Shown: piece by piece, positions 22,950-35,034 of the stretch
How positions within the stretch are numbered: the first letter of the stretch is position 1
Layout of the letters: every line of letters begins with the position of its first letter
From: Octopus bimaculoides
Lineage: Eukaryota
DNA: 42,749 nucleotides
Reading direction: 5' to 3'
Assembly: GCF_001194135.2 (NCBI RefSeq)
Contig: NC_068983.1
Coordinates: 154,798,906-154,841,654 of the forward strand
Program-made: the position numbers and the translations under genes
Notes under the pieces: model-generated
The model's database searches: none
The model's input: the letters and a program-made list of their open reading frames with translations, nothing else
What the model was told of the DNA's origin: nothing

Positions 22950-23140
22950 ACACACACTCACATATACACACACATACACACAAACACACACACACACACA
23001 TACATTATCAAAATTATCAACCAAGCTCCAAAGCGGCTGGTGTGTGTATTTGTGTGTGTGTGTGTGTGTGTGTGTGTCTGTGTGTGCGTCTGTGTGTGTG
23101 TGTGTGTCTGTGTGTGTGTGTGTGTGTTTGTGTGTGTGTG
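22950..23140. repeat. (CA)n and (TG)n microsatellites
   Basis: Visible tandem repeats. Confidence 0.95.
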
Positions 23141-23367
23141 TGAAGAGGGAGAGAAAGTGATCTGGATAGTGATCTGATGTACATGTACGAGAAACGTTTA
23201 ATATGCATGTGAATACATGGATAATAAAATGTTAATGTATCACTTTTTTTTCTCGAACCATGAGATATTTGATTTCGTGAAAGACTGTAGTAGGCTGGCA
23301 AATCTTATTTTGTTCAATTGGAATTTACTAAATTACCAAATCGCTGGGATGTCATATTAAAATTCAC

Positions 23368-23442
23368 CTCTTTGCATTCTGGTGGATTGCACCAGCGGCT
23401 TTCGCCTCTTTCTTTCACGAGCTTAATATAGTGAAAATATTG
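23368..23442 (-). CDS. Candidate 75-nt exon QYFHYIKLVKERGESRWCNPPECKE
   Basis: Acceptor ggttttaggcattttag|, donor GAG|gtgaat; open only in frame 0, phase 0 to 0. Confidence 0.33.
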
Positions 23443-23889
23443 CTAAAATGCCTAAAACCATTTTTGTTTGAAGTAACAGCGTTACGGCCGTGGATGATTT
23501 GAAAACTAAGTGCAAAAGTATAGAACTGAAATGACACTTATCTCATAGACCACTTAAGTGCTCTGTCTTACATATTTAGGGAAGGTAATATATGTAAAGA
23601 TACATAGTAGGCATACAAACATGACAAAATTTAACCATTTCTCTCTAGATTGAAACCAATAACGAACAGCCTTATTCGATTATCGACGCTTATTCGGGTC
23701 TCATCAACGGTGTCTTCACCACTTGGTCAATACCAAAGAAATAAGTAGCCAATCTGTTTATATGAACAACAAATCCTGCAGCTTCAGACAACCAAAGTTA
23801 TCAATTTGCATACCATAAATGTTCAACACGTTTTATTCCGTCAACAGGAATCTTAATGCACATAGCTGTTTCTCAATATATTCTATTTT

Positions 23890-24045
23890 CTCGTTCTGAG
23901 TTCAAATTCTGCCGAGGTCGACTTTGCTTTTCATCCTTTCGGGGTCGATAAATTAAGTACTGGTTGCATACTGGGGTCGATCTAATCGACTGGCTCCCTC
24001 CCCCAAAATTCCGGGCCTTGTGCCTAGAGTAGAAAAGAATCTATT
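23890..24045 (+). mobile_element. SINE family A, 5'-truncated
   Basis: cgttctgagttcaaattctgccgaggtcgactttgc...gccttgtgcctagagtagaaaaga. Confidence 0.9.
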
Positions 24046-24928
24046 CTATTCTGTTGCAGTGATTCAATGTGTTACAGATAGGGATATAGCTATAAGTACA
24101 AATGCTAATTATCTAGTCCTAAATTGACTGGTTTATGATGAAATAATAGTCACAACAAGGACTGGTAAATTGTATCGAATTTCCTGGTATAATAGTTTTA
24201 CAGTTTGACGTTTATTTTAAATTTAATTCACCGAAAATGCTAACTATACATACATTTGCTCATAGATATGGGACATAATATGTATTTTAAAACCACAGGA
24301 TCTGAGGCACTCACAGCCCGAAGCATTGTGTCATAAGAGACACAATTTTACTGGATAAAAACTTGGGTATCTATCATCAGTACCTTTTCTTTTTGTGTTA
24401 AATAAAGAAAAACGAAGATACAAAAGGCAATGTTTTACACAAGTAACCGGCATTTCAAGCCACAATACAAACTCCTTTTTGACAAAAACAAAAAAGGCAA
24501 TAGAGTTTTTTATATATTTACTGACAAATATACAAGTGTAGAAGTGTATAATTCCTCTGACACTGTTACAATTGTTATCGATAAAGATAAAATGAAATTC
24601 TTTCTACTGAGAATTGAAACAGACTCGTAAAGTTAGATTTCAGGGTCAGGTGATTTTTCCAAATATCGACCACCATTGCACGATAAATATTCCAGGATGG
24701 TGAAAGAAAGAAATAAAAAAAGAAAGAAATAAAGAAATAAGTAGACAGATAAGCAGACAGACATAATAGAGGAAAGAAAGCAAATACAGAGAATTTTTTG
24801 CAGCGTGGGGATTATTGAACCATCGATTCTAAACGGACTTACCAATCGAGCAACAATAAACTTAAAGTCGTGAAACACGGTGAACATGGAAATTGGAGAA
24901 GTTGTTTAAGACTAATATCAATATCGTA

Positions 24929-24976
<48 letters not shown>

Positions 24977-26489
24977 CACAAACACATTTATATACATAAC
25001 ATGCACACATAAACATACGCATCAATTGCAGCAGTTCTGGCATGTATAATATAACAACCATTAAAATACATCGATTGTCTCATCTCTCTACAATTTACCA
25101 CCGGATAATTAAACCACTTTTCATATGGCCCACCAAAAGAAGACAAGGAAAAGAAAAGCGTAAAACGGAAAAGAAGATATTCATTATTCAAATTGGTCTG
25201 TAGTTATTTCGTTGATATCGGAAAGAAATATCATATATATATAAATGTCGATATATAACTCCATATCAATAACTGGCACGAATGCCTCCGATAATCTTTA
25301 TATCCATTTTGCTTTGGTGTTACGTAGAAGGCCTAAGCCTCCAACACTCGCAGTCACAAAATTTTGTGTTAGGTTCCATCCATCATTCTGCCATACCCCC
25401 GGAATAGCACGCGACTTTTTGGCAGTTCAATATACTATAAAGAACTTCGCGTGAAATGTTGAAGCATCTAGGTAAGTTTTCAGGATTAGTTGAAGCCCTA
25501 TGTTACACAAAATTTTGTTAGAATGTATGAACCATCTGAAGCATTAGCAGCTGTCATGAGAAACACTTAAATTATGAGCTACTAAGGTTCATGTGACTAC
25601 AGTATGAAATTTTGCGTTCAAAGATTTGAAGGGCTGCAATTAAAAGAAACACGAAAGCTATTAAGCAGAAATCGAGGAGATTAGCGATGGATCCACGTCA
25701 GCACAGATTTATTCAATAAAGTGTCAAAATCTTAATAGCTGCAGTTAAATATATTATTAAAGGGCAATCATTTACTTTTCAGAAATATAATTTTTCAAAC
25801 TTTACTTAAGTATCAGAGCAGGATCAGAACAGAAAATATATTTAGTGAAGAAGACAAGATATTACAAATGGATCAACTAATTAGAAAGCTCCTATACCAT
25901 TGATCCCCCATTCCATGTAGCCAGAAGTTGACAGAGCATTGCAAAGGTCGGAAATGGTTAGATGATGACGTGGAGTGGTCGATAATTTTCTAGGTGGTTG
26001 CAAAATCCAGTCGTCGAAAAAAGATTAACTTTATGTTTCAAATTTCTAGAGTTAATCATGTAGATGAAGAGTGGTAATTAATATTTATAAACTTTACTTA
26101 TTTCAAAGTTGACCCCTTTGTACAACTCCTTGTGCAACTTTATCGCTTCATTTCAAAAACTGCCTTATCCATTCCCTACGGTCGCACATTGGTGAGGAAA
26201 ACGGTGTACTGAACTCATACTGTTCTTTGCTATCCTAAAAATGATTGCCTATCCAAATATAATATATTTACATCAAACAGCGTGGTTGAGCATAAAGAGA
26301 CGTGTAAAAATCAATGGAGAGGTCAGCTATTCTGAAAAGAAAAGATACTGAAACAAATGTGTTTTCTGCGATGTTTGTAAAGCTATGAGCGGCTTCATTA
26401 CAGTGGCAGATGTCAAGGCCTATGTTTATGTTAGACTTTGGCCGAAACTTTTTTTTTTGTATCAAACACTGACGACCAACCACTACTGA

Positions 26490-26760
26490 TCAGACCACCT
26501 TTTAGTGCGAGGCAACAGAGCATGGTTTTCAATGATAAAGAAATCATAAGGATAATGTGGCATATTAAACGCCATAATGATTTGCTTTGTTGGGAAAAGG
26601 TACAATCACCACCTTGCCATATGAACCTGGGGAGAGGTACGTTGAAGCACATTCTCAGAAATTGTCCATATCCTGTGAGTGAGAGGGGCTGCTACTGATG
26701 CCAGTCGTGGATGTCATAGCGGACGCCACCCGCAGTGGGATTAGCTATTATAAGTGCTTC
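26490..26760 (+). mobile_element. Hero-like non-LTR element, CCHC-finger region remnant
   Basis: LCWEKVQSPPCHMNLGRGTLKHILRNCPYPVSERGCY resembles WGKVESPACPLCxGRGTLEHILSSCPKALGEGRY. Confidence 0.65.
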
Positions 26761-26959
26761 AACAAGAAGATTATCTCTTTTGTAAAAGAATCACTTTGAA
26801 TTTGTTAAATATACCAGTGCACTTATCACAACAGGTATGAATGATAATCTGCAGCACGATACAAGATCTAGAAGCTCTGCATTAGTTCACTATAGATATT
26901 CTATTATTGTACAAGTTTAAACAAGTTATAACAGTTTATCTCAAAGTAGCGCATGATTT

Positions 26960-27180
26960 GTGATCCTTGTGCCATAAACGAAGAACAAACACAACAAGGA
27001 AAAAACAGCAACGAGAGTACGTAGTACATGCAAAGTATTAGCAGACGCTCAAGGAAGGAAAGAAAGGTGGTTTTACGTTTCGAGCAAAGCTCTTTGTCTG
27101 AAACAGGAGACAGAGGAAAGTTCAAGAGAAAAAAAAGAGGGACGAAAAGAATCTCCAATGATCCACATGTGGTTACATAT
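26960..27180 (-). mobile_element. Penelope-type terminal-repeat-like segment with a degenerate hammerhead-like motif (27070-27104)
   Basis: 5'-GUUU CAGACAA A GAGC UUU GCUC GAAA CGUA AAAC-3'. Confidence 0.55.
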
Positions 27181-27186
27181 GTATAC

Positions 27187-27778
27187 ATATATGGGTACAG
27201 GACGTCACCAATTGTGTAAACAAGATGAAATACGAAAACAAACGAGTTAAATACGCAAACAACGAGAGAAGAAAATGGAAAACAGGACAACTAAGCACAA
27301 AGAATGACCCTTCATCAGTTGTCTGCTGTCTCTCTACTCCTCATTTCGAGCATTCAACAATATGAGTCTTCAAAGACAGTTTGCTCCCATAAACTTCTTT
27401 CTCTCTCTTCTATCTTTTCTCTTTTCAAAGAAAATATTTCTCCCGGCGTTCACTATTTTCCTCTCGTTTTGATCTAACGACCCTCCATGTTTGTTTTCGT
27501 TCGGTTTCCTTGTATGTCTCCACTGTCCTCTTTTTGTTCCCAACTTTGACTCTCCATAAATCCTAAATTTCATTTTGGAATTTATGGGAGCAGCTGTCTC
27601 TGAAGACTCATATTGTCGTTGAATGCTCGAAAGGAGGAATAGATAGACAGCCGACAAGTGATGAAGAGTCGTTCTCTGTGTTTACTTGTCCTGTTTTCCA
27701 TTTTCTCTCGTTGTTTGCGTATGTAACTCGTTTGTTTTCGTATTTCATGATGTTTACACAAATGGTAACATCCCATAC

Positions 27779-27786
<8 letters not shown>
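27187..27786. repeat. Long inverted repeat: arms 27187-27393 and 27581-27786, spacer about 187 bp
   Basis: The reverse complement of the right arm aligns end to end with the left arm (e.g. atgaaatacgaaaacaaacgagtta(a/c)atacgcaaacaacgagaga...tttcgagcattcaac...aatatgagtcttca); roughly 85% identical by eye. Confidence 0.92.
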
Positions 27787-27815
<29 letters not shown>

Positions 27816-28704
27816 NNNNNNNNNNNNNNNNNNNNNNNNNNNNNNNNNNNNNNNNNNNNNNNNNNNNNNNNNNNNNNNNNNNNNNNNNNNNNNNNNNNNN
27901 NNNNNNNNNNNNNNNNNNNNNNNNNNNNNNNNNNNNNNNNNNNNNNNNNNNNNNNNNNNNNNNNNNNNNNNNNNNNNNNNNNNNNNNNNNNNNNNNNNNN
28001 NNNNNNNNNNNNNNNNNNNNNNNNNNNNNNNNNNNNNNNNNNNNNNNNNNNNNNNNNNNNNNNNNNNNNNNNNNNNNNNNNNNNNNNNNNNNNNNNNNNN
28101 NNNNNNNNNNNNNNNNNNNNNNNNNNNNNNNNNNNNNNNNNNNNNNNNNNNNNNNNNNNNNNNNNNNNNNNNNNNNNNNNNNNNNNNNNNNNNNNNNNNN
28201 NNNNNNNNNNNNNNNNNNNNNNNNNNNNNNNNNNNNNNNNNNNNNNNNNNNNNNNNNNNNNNNNNNNNNNNNNNNNNNNNNNNNNNNNNNNNNNNNNNNN
28301 NNNNNNNNNNNNNNNNNNNNNNNNNNNNNNNNNNNNNNNNNNNNNNNNNNNNNNNNNNNNNNNNNNNNNNNNNNNNNNNNNNNNNNNNNNNNNNNNNNNN
28401 NNNNNNNNNNNNNNNNNNNNNNNNNNNNNNNNNNNNNNNNNNNNNNNNNNNNNNNNNNNNNNNNNNNNNNNNNNNNNNNNNNNNNNNNNNNNNNNNNNNN
28501 NNNNNNNNNNNNNNNNNNNNNNNNNNNNNNNNNNNNNNNNNNNNNNNNNNNNNNNNNNNNNNNNNNNNNNNNNNNNNNNNNNNNNNNNNNNNNNNNNNNN
28601 NNNNNNNNNNNNNNNNNNNNNNNNNNNNNNNNNNNNNNNNNNNNNNNNNNNNNNNNNNNNNNNNNNNNNNNNNNNNNNNNNTATATATATATATATATAT
28701 GAGA

Positions 28705-29445
28705 CAATACCTATGTATTTGTTATGTGAGAAAACATTTGGACATGATACAATGAAGCCTTGGGATATAAAAGACCCCCTTACTGCCACCACGGATACTA
28801 CCACGACCATCTTGATAAGATGTATTCTGATAGGGAGAATCTTGTAAGGCATTGAAAGATTTGAAAGATGTATAATACGAGTGGCGTTCCTCTACTTACC
28901 ACCTCACATTAATATTCAAATAGGAATAAACACCTATTACACTCTATCCTTTAAAAAAGCATAAAAAATACACAATGACACATACGCGATTCAAGGGTAT
29001 ATCTACACATTAAGCTGTAAAGGAAGTTATAGAAATTGTTTTCAATCTATTATATCTCTGAGTAACAATATGCTCGTTCCATTAAGGAGACAGAAGATGA
29101 TTCGACAGTAACTGCAGAATTTCGATGGTATATGCTTTTATCTAATTTGACGTGTCAACATTTGGAAAATCTAAGTCACATAGCCAATGCAAGATTTTGA
29201 AGTCCAAATGATAAGTGAATTATCGAAGAAACTCTTTTAGTTAAATAGCTTAAGATTAACTTGTAGGCTGAAAAGATTATCTTAGCATTTGGAAGAGTGT
29301 TTAAGAAAATATACTATACCTTCTTCCTGAGAATATTACGACGATAGCTTCTGATGGTGAACTAGCCATGACTGGTATCACGGTTTTTCAGGTTTCCTAA
29401 AGAATATAAGTCCTTATACAATGTACAATGTGTTTTATACAAATA
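28705..29445 (+). mobile_element. hAT (Buster/Charlie/ZBED-type) transposase remnant
   Basis: PMYLLCEKTFGHDTMKP (BED finger), AVKEVIE, ISLSNN, FDVSTFG, IANARF, NITTIASDGELAMTG, matching LSNNTV..LDEST..YVRF..TDGAPAMTG..HC. Confidence 0.75.
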
Positions 29446-30571
29446 TTTGTGGCAAAAACAAAATCTCAATCAAAAACTTCATGATGATTTGTATGTAATT
29501 GCATAATATTTTTATTTATGCTGTTAAATGTTTTAATTCTTTCTGTTTTCCTCGCATACGGTTTTTCTCTGTTATATTGGTGCACTACGGTGTATTATTT
29601 AAGACTTAGCTCTTATTTCTAGCAGGTAGATGCTCATTAAGCATCATTACGCTTCGTGCAAATTTACATTTCATAGCTCCTTAAAGCTATCATAACTGCG
29701 TTCCACCCATGCTACTACTGGTGATATCATCAAATTTTGAATTTATCCACAGATGATATGAACAGTAGTGACATCTAACTTCAAATCTCAGTGTTTGAAT
29801 ATTTCATATATATATNNNNNNNNNNNNNNNNNNNNNNNNNNNNNNNNNNNNNNNNNNNNNNNNNNNNNNNNNNNNNNNNNNNNNNNNNNNNNNNNNNNNN
29901 NNNNNNNNNNNNNNNNNNNNNNNNNNNNNNNNNNNNNNNNNNNNNNNNNNNNNNNNNNNNNNNNNNNNNNNNNNNNNNNNNNNNNNNNNNNNNNNNNNNN
30001 NNNNNNNNNNNNNNNNNNNNNNNNNNNNNNNNNNNNNNNNNNNNNNNNNNNNNNNNNNNNNNNNNNNNNNNNNNNNNNNNNNNNNNNNNNNNNNNNNNNN
30101 NNNNNNNNNNNNNNNNNNNNNNNNNNNNNNNNNNNNNNNNNNNNNNNNNNNNNNNNNNNNNNNNNNNNNNNNNNNNNNNNNNNNNNNNNNNNNNNNNNNN
30201 NNNNNNNNNNNNNNNNNNNNNNNNNNNNNNNNNNNNNNNNNNNNNNNNNNNNNNNNNNNNNNNNNNNNNNNNNNNNNNNNNNNNNNNNNNNNNNNNNNNN
30301 NNNNNNNNNNNNNNNNNNNNNNNNNNNNNNNNNNNNNNNNNNNNNNNNNNNNNNNNNNNNNNNNNNNNNNNNNNNNNNNNNNNNNNNNNNNNNNNNNNNN
30401 NNNNNNNNNNNNNNNNNNNNNNNNNNNNNNNNNNNNNNNNNNNNNNNNNNNNNNNNNNNNNNNNNNNNNNNNNNNNNNNNNNNNNNNNNNNNNNNNNNNN
30501 NNNNNNNNNNNNNNNNNNNNNNNNNNNNNNNNNNNNNNNNNNNNNNNNNNNGTTACTTACCACGCCTGCGC

Positions 30572-30620
<49 letters not shown>

Positions 30621-30654
30621 TGTGTGCGTGTGTGTGTGTGTGTGTTGTCTGTGT

Positions 30655-32185
30655 GTGTCTTTTATCTTTTACTTGTTTCAGTCGTTAGACTGTAGTCAGG
30701 CAGGAGCACCGCCTTGAAGAATTTAGAGTCGAATGTATCAACCCCAGTACTTTTTTTTTAAGTCTGGTATTTAGTCTATCGATCTTTTGGTCGAACTGCT
30801 AAGTTACGGGGGCATAAACACACCAAAACCAGTTGTCAAACGATGGTGAAGGACAAACACAGACACAAAGACACATACACACAGATATATTCATATATAT
30901 AAATACAACGGGATTTTGTTTTCAGTTTCCCTCTACCAACTCCATTCACAGGGCTTTAGTCGACCCAAAGCTATAGTAGAAGACACTTGCGCAAGGTGCT
31001 ACGCAGTAGGACTGAACCCGGAACCACGTGGTTGGGAAGCAAGCGTCTTACCACGCAGCCACGCCTGATATATATGTACACGCATACACAGATACACATA
31101 TTTGAAAAATATGAATTATCCACCTGACGTTGTAATTGTTTTTATAATTCATTCTAGAATATTCCAGGGAAATATAATTTTTCACCAGCTATATAAATTC
31201 CAAAGCTCTTCGATCTCTAATTAGTTTGCTAAGTACTAACATACGAAACTTTCGACCATTGAGTCACTCTGTTGCTTCTGCTAACTATCCGTATTAAGAA
31301 TTCTCATTCGCACTTTTCGGACAATTATGGTCCCTGTTAGTGTATGTGTTTTCATTCATATGCGTTAACTACAGCATTAGAGCGTTTTAGCTTTTATTTC
31401 TATTTAATGTAGGTGTTGTCTAACACTCTAGTCGTATTTAGTGACTGCAAAGTGCTGATCATATTAATTTTGTATATTACATGTTTTGTTTATTAATTAG
31501 TCGAACAAATCGACCCCAAAACTTATTCTTTGTAAGCCTAGTACTTATTCTATCAGTCTATTTTGCCGAACCGCTAAGTTACGGGGACGTAAATACACCA
31601 ACATCGGTTGTCAAGTGATGGTGGGGGACAAACACAAACACACAAACATATATATATATACGACGAGCTTCTTTCAGTTTTCGTCTACCAAATCCACTCA
31701 CAAGGCATTGGTCGGCCCGAGGTTATAGTAGAAGACACTTGCCCAAGGTGCCACGCAGTGGGACTGAACCCGGAACCATGTGGCTGGGAAGCAAGCTATT
31801 TACCACACAGCCACTCCTGCGTCTATGTAAATATTGCGTTAAAAAAACCTTCAGGGTCGAAAAAGTTTATGTACTTGTATCACTCGAATGATACGAGGAC
31901 ATAAACAAAACAACCCCGGTTGTCAAGTGGTGAAAGCGGACAAACGCAAACACACAAGCACACACGCGCGTACACACACACACAAACACACACACGCGCG
32001 CGCGCAGACATACACACACATATGCATATACAATGGGATTCCACACAGTTTCCGTCTACCACATTCACTCACAGGGCATTGGTCAGCCAGGGGCTATAAT
32101 AGAAGACACTTGCCCAATGTTATAAAATGAGACTGAATCCGAAAACGAATAGTTGCAAAGCGAGCTTCTCAACCACACATCTATG
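30655..32185 (-). mobile_element. Three SINE family C copies (30655-31068, 31480-31818, 31880-32185) with a CORE-like domain and an internal (CA/TA)n
   Basis: tRNA-like head ggagtggctgtgtggtaa...ggttcagtcccac, then gcaccttgggcaagtgtcttct (CORE-domain-like), a central microsatellite, and a tail ending gaaacaagtaaaaga. Confidence 0.88.
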
Positions 32186-33275
32186 CTTGCGCATTTACAA
32201 TAATAAAATCAATCATCAATATTTTTTATAAGCATTGCAATATCCGTTACAGATGTTTCAAAGGATTGTCCCAGTGTTAGAAAATAAGGGGAGATAGCTA
32301 GTTGAGATGTTATCCCCATTCATTTTCGACGTCATTTTACAATAAATTATCTCCCTTTTAATTTCTTATAATGGACGACGTTAGCATTGGAAACGTCAGT
32401 GCACCATATTATGTAGCTTAAAAAGGTAGTTTAATTAATGACGAGGGACAAAAGATCGTTGAGGAGGTCACAGAATGTGTGACGAAAGAACTCTGAATAA
32501 TAAACTATTAATAGTAATAATAAAGTTAAAGTGAAGATCAAATAGTATGTGTGTTTATTCACAAAAGATGGCTATCTATCCCCAAGTATAAATATAAATA
32601 TATATATGTGTGTGTGTATGTGTATATATATATATATNNNNNNNNNNNNNNNNNNNNNNNNNNNNNNNNNNNNNNNNNNNNNNNNNNNNNNNNNNNNNNN
32701 NNNNNNNNNNNNNNNNNNNNNNNNNNNNNNNNNNNNNATATATATACATATATATGTGTGTGTGTATGTGTGTATATATATGTATTTATATGTGTGTATG
32801 TGTGTGTGTATGTATATATATGTATATATATGTGTATGTGTGTGTGTGTATGTATACATAAATATACGTATGTATGTATGTACGTATCATTTTGCTATTT
32901 CTATTTTTTTATTGTTCTGTGTCTTCACCACTCATTTTAAATCACATCTTCGTTGAGTTAACTCGGGATTCCCAAACGACAACGTAACCTTCATATAACT
33001 AAGGTAACTTCGGCCTGACGAGTAGCTAGGTGAGTAGCATTCGTTGAGTGTTTATTACATCAGAGGATCTGTTGGTTAGGAAACATATGTAGTCTGAATT
33101 TTACCTGTTCCACTTCCACAATTTGAACTTTTATTTGCATTCATAGTAACTTAAGTTGCTAACTTTGAACTATACATATATTTTTTCGGGTTATCGAACT
33201 TCGATATGGGAAAAGCCTACAACCTTCGACGTCAATAAATTATTATTGTTTCTGAACGTTGTTTTTTATACTTAC

Positions 33276-33395
33276 CACGGACTGCTCAAGGCTTACAAAC
33301 TTTCTATACTTGGATTTTACAATTACATGTATGTATGCATGTCCATATCTATATATCCATGAATAAATATACGCTGATAAATTATATCCACATGT
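33276..33395 (-). CDS. Candidate 120-nt exon TCGYNLSAYIYSWIYRYGHAYIHVIVKSKYRKFVSLEQSV
   Basis: Strong acceptor gtgtatttcag|, consensus donor GTG|gtaagt; only frame 0 open, phase 0 to 0. Confidence 0.38.
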
Positions 33396-33894
33396 CTGAA
33401 ATACACGGATTCAGTATCGTACGATGTATATACACTTGAACGCTACGCTATTTTCTGTTCCAACACTCGCATCAATAACAGCAACTCATTATTAACCACT
33501 ATTATAGAGAACAACGTATGGATGAGTAACGAGAATTATAAGCTAACAAGATGTGAGAACACGAAGTCATTTAATTTGCTACAGCCTCATCTACCTAAAT
33601 AAGCTCAACAAAGTGGAAATAAAAGCTGCATATTAAATATTTGAAGTAACTATTTACAGTTAATGGCTAAGGTTGTTGGAAATTAAATGATTTCGCACAG
33701 CGTTTATGACAGGTAATGACCAATTTTGTCCAACGGTTGTTTGTTTCATAAGTTATGTAATACCTAGTCAGAAATTGGATTGGATTGGTCATTTATATGT
33801 TCAGTGTTTTTGACAGAGCATAATGTTATCCAATATGTACTACTCACCCCTGATCTAAATGTTCACTATACTGTTCTCTTGGTCATTTGTTGCT

Positions 33895-34133
33895 CGCAGA
33901 AACCAAAGTAATCCTATCATGAGATTCAGACTTCCTTGGAACATCGCCGTTCCACCTCTCATTCCTGATTGACATGGAGATCAAACGAAAATGGGCATAA
34001 AGGCCTTTCGGTCGGAGAGTCTGGTTTCACTGATGGCCACTACATCGACACTTAGTGACGTGAGGTCGTTGAGTAGATAACCTTGTTTCCCAGGTAACCC
34101 CAGAGCACATGCATTTATATTGCCTATTCTGGA
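33895..34133 (-). mobile_element. L1/Tx1-like ORF2 APE endonuclease N-terminus
   Basis: RIGNINACALGLPGKQGYLLNDLTSLSVDVVAISETRL...SPCQSGMRGGTAMF. Confidence 0.8.
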
Positions 34134-34145
34134 TCTTGTTCAAAA

Positions 34146-34557
34146 CGGGGGCGCCAGTTTTCATTTATGTTTTATGTAGTGTTTTTGGTACCGAAAGACT
34201 TTCAAACTTCGTATACTTATCTATTTTGTGTTATAGAACAGAAAAAAATTTTTGTATTCGAATTTATTTCATGTAAAAAATTGTCTTATTTCGATAATTT
34301 CTACTAATCACTGACATCTATTCAGTTGAAAACAGTTGGCGCTGTAACGGTGTATATCGTATTAATCCCCGTTAGTTCTGACATTTCAACCCTAACCTTA
34401 ACCCTAACCCTAAACCTAACCCTAAAACTAACCCTAACTCTAGAATCCGAACTCTAAAATTGTTACACACATAGATACGCACAGCGTAATTTATTATATA
34501 AACAATATATGCGTATAAATTACGATTAAACCGGATGAAATATGTCACAGAGAATAA
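34146..34557. repeat. Unclassified insertion containing an imperfect (CCCTAA)n telomere-like array at about 34387-34440
   Basis: aaccctaaccttaaccctaaccctaaacctaaccctaaaactaaccctaac; runs into an N-gap. Confidence 0.7.
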
Positions 34558-35034
34558 NNNNNNNNNNNNNNNNNNNNNNNNNNNNNNNNNNNNNNNNNNN
34601 NNNNNNNNNNNNNNNNNNNNNNNNNNNNNNNNNNNNNNNNNNNNNNNNNNNNNNNNNNNNNNNNNNNNNNNNNNNNNNNNNNNNNNNNNNNNNNNNNNNN
34701 NNNNNNNNNNNNNNNNNNNNNNNNNNNNNNNNNNNNNNNNNNNNNNNNNNNNNNNNNNNNNNNNNNNNNNNNNNNNNNNNNNNNNNNNNNNNNNNNNNNN
34801 NNNNNNNNNNNNNNNNNNNNNNNNNNNNNNNNNNNNNNNNNNNNNNNNNNNNNNNNNNNNNNNNNNNNNNNNNNNNNNNNNNNNNNNNNNNNNNNNNNNN
34901 NNNNNNNNNNNNNNNNNNNNNNNNNNNNNNNNNNNNNNNNNNNNNNNNNNNNNNNNNNNNNNNNNNNNNNNNNNNNNNNNNNNNNNNNNNNNNNNNNNNN
35001 NNNNNNNNNNNNNNNNNNNNNNNNNNNNNNNNTT

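Noticed and set aside
23665-23710. UUGAUGA-GAC...GUC-GAUA hammerhead-like string on the minus strand
   Set aside because: Two core substitutions and no convincing stem I or III; compatible with chance.
24314-24911. Additional minus-strand exon candidates (24349-24314 and 24911- or 24860-24843) with strong donors
   Set aside because: The 36-nt and 69-nt versions are open only in phase 2-2 and give a stop when joined to the 23442 exon; the 18-nt version fits but has no independent support.
25781-25901. Plus-strand exon-like frames (NIIFQTLLKY...; also 23649 IETNNEQPY...)
   Set aside because: Good acceptors but they run into stops with no donor and no partner exons; expected by chance at this AT content.
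33276-33395. SH2-like look of RKFVSLEQSV(QYF)
   Set aside because: Only the final helix-like motif resembles SH2; the strand pattern and the FLVR motif are not seen.
34387-34440. True telomere or chromosome end
   Set aside because: Short, degenerate, internal, and flanked by ordinary sequence on both sides.
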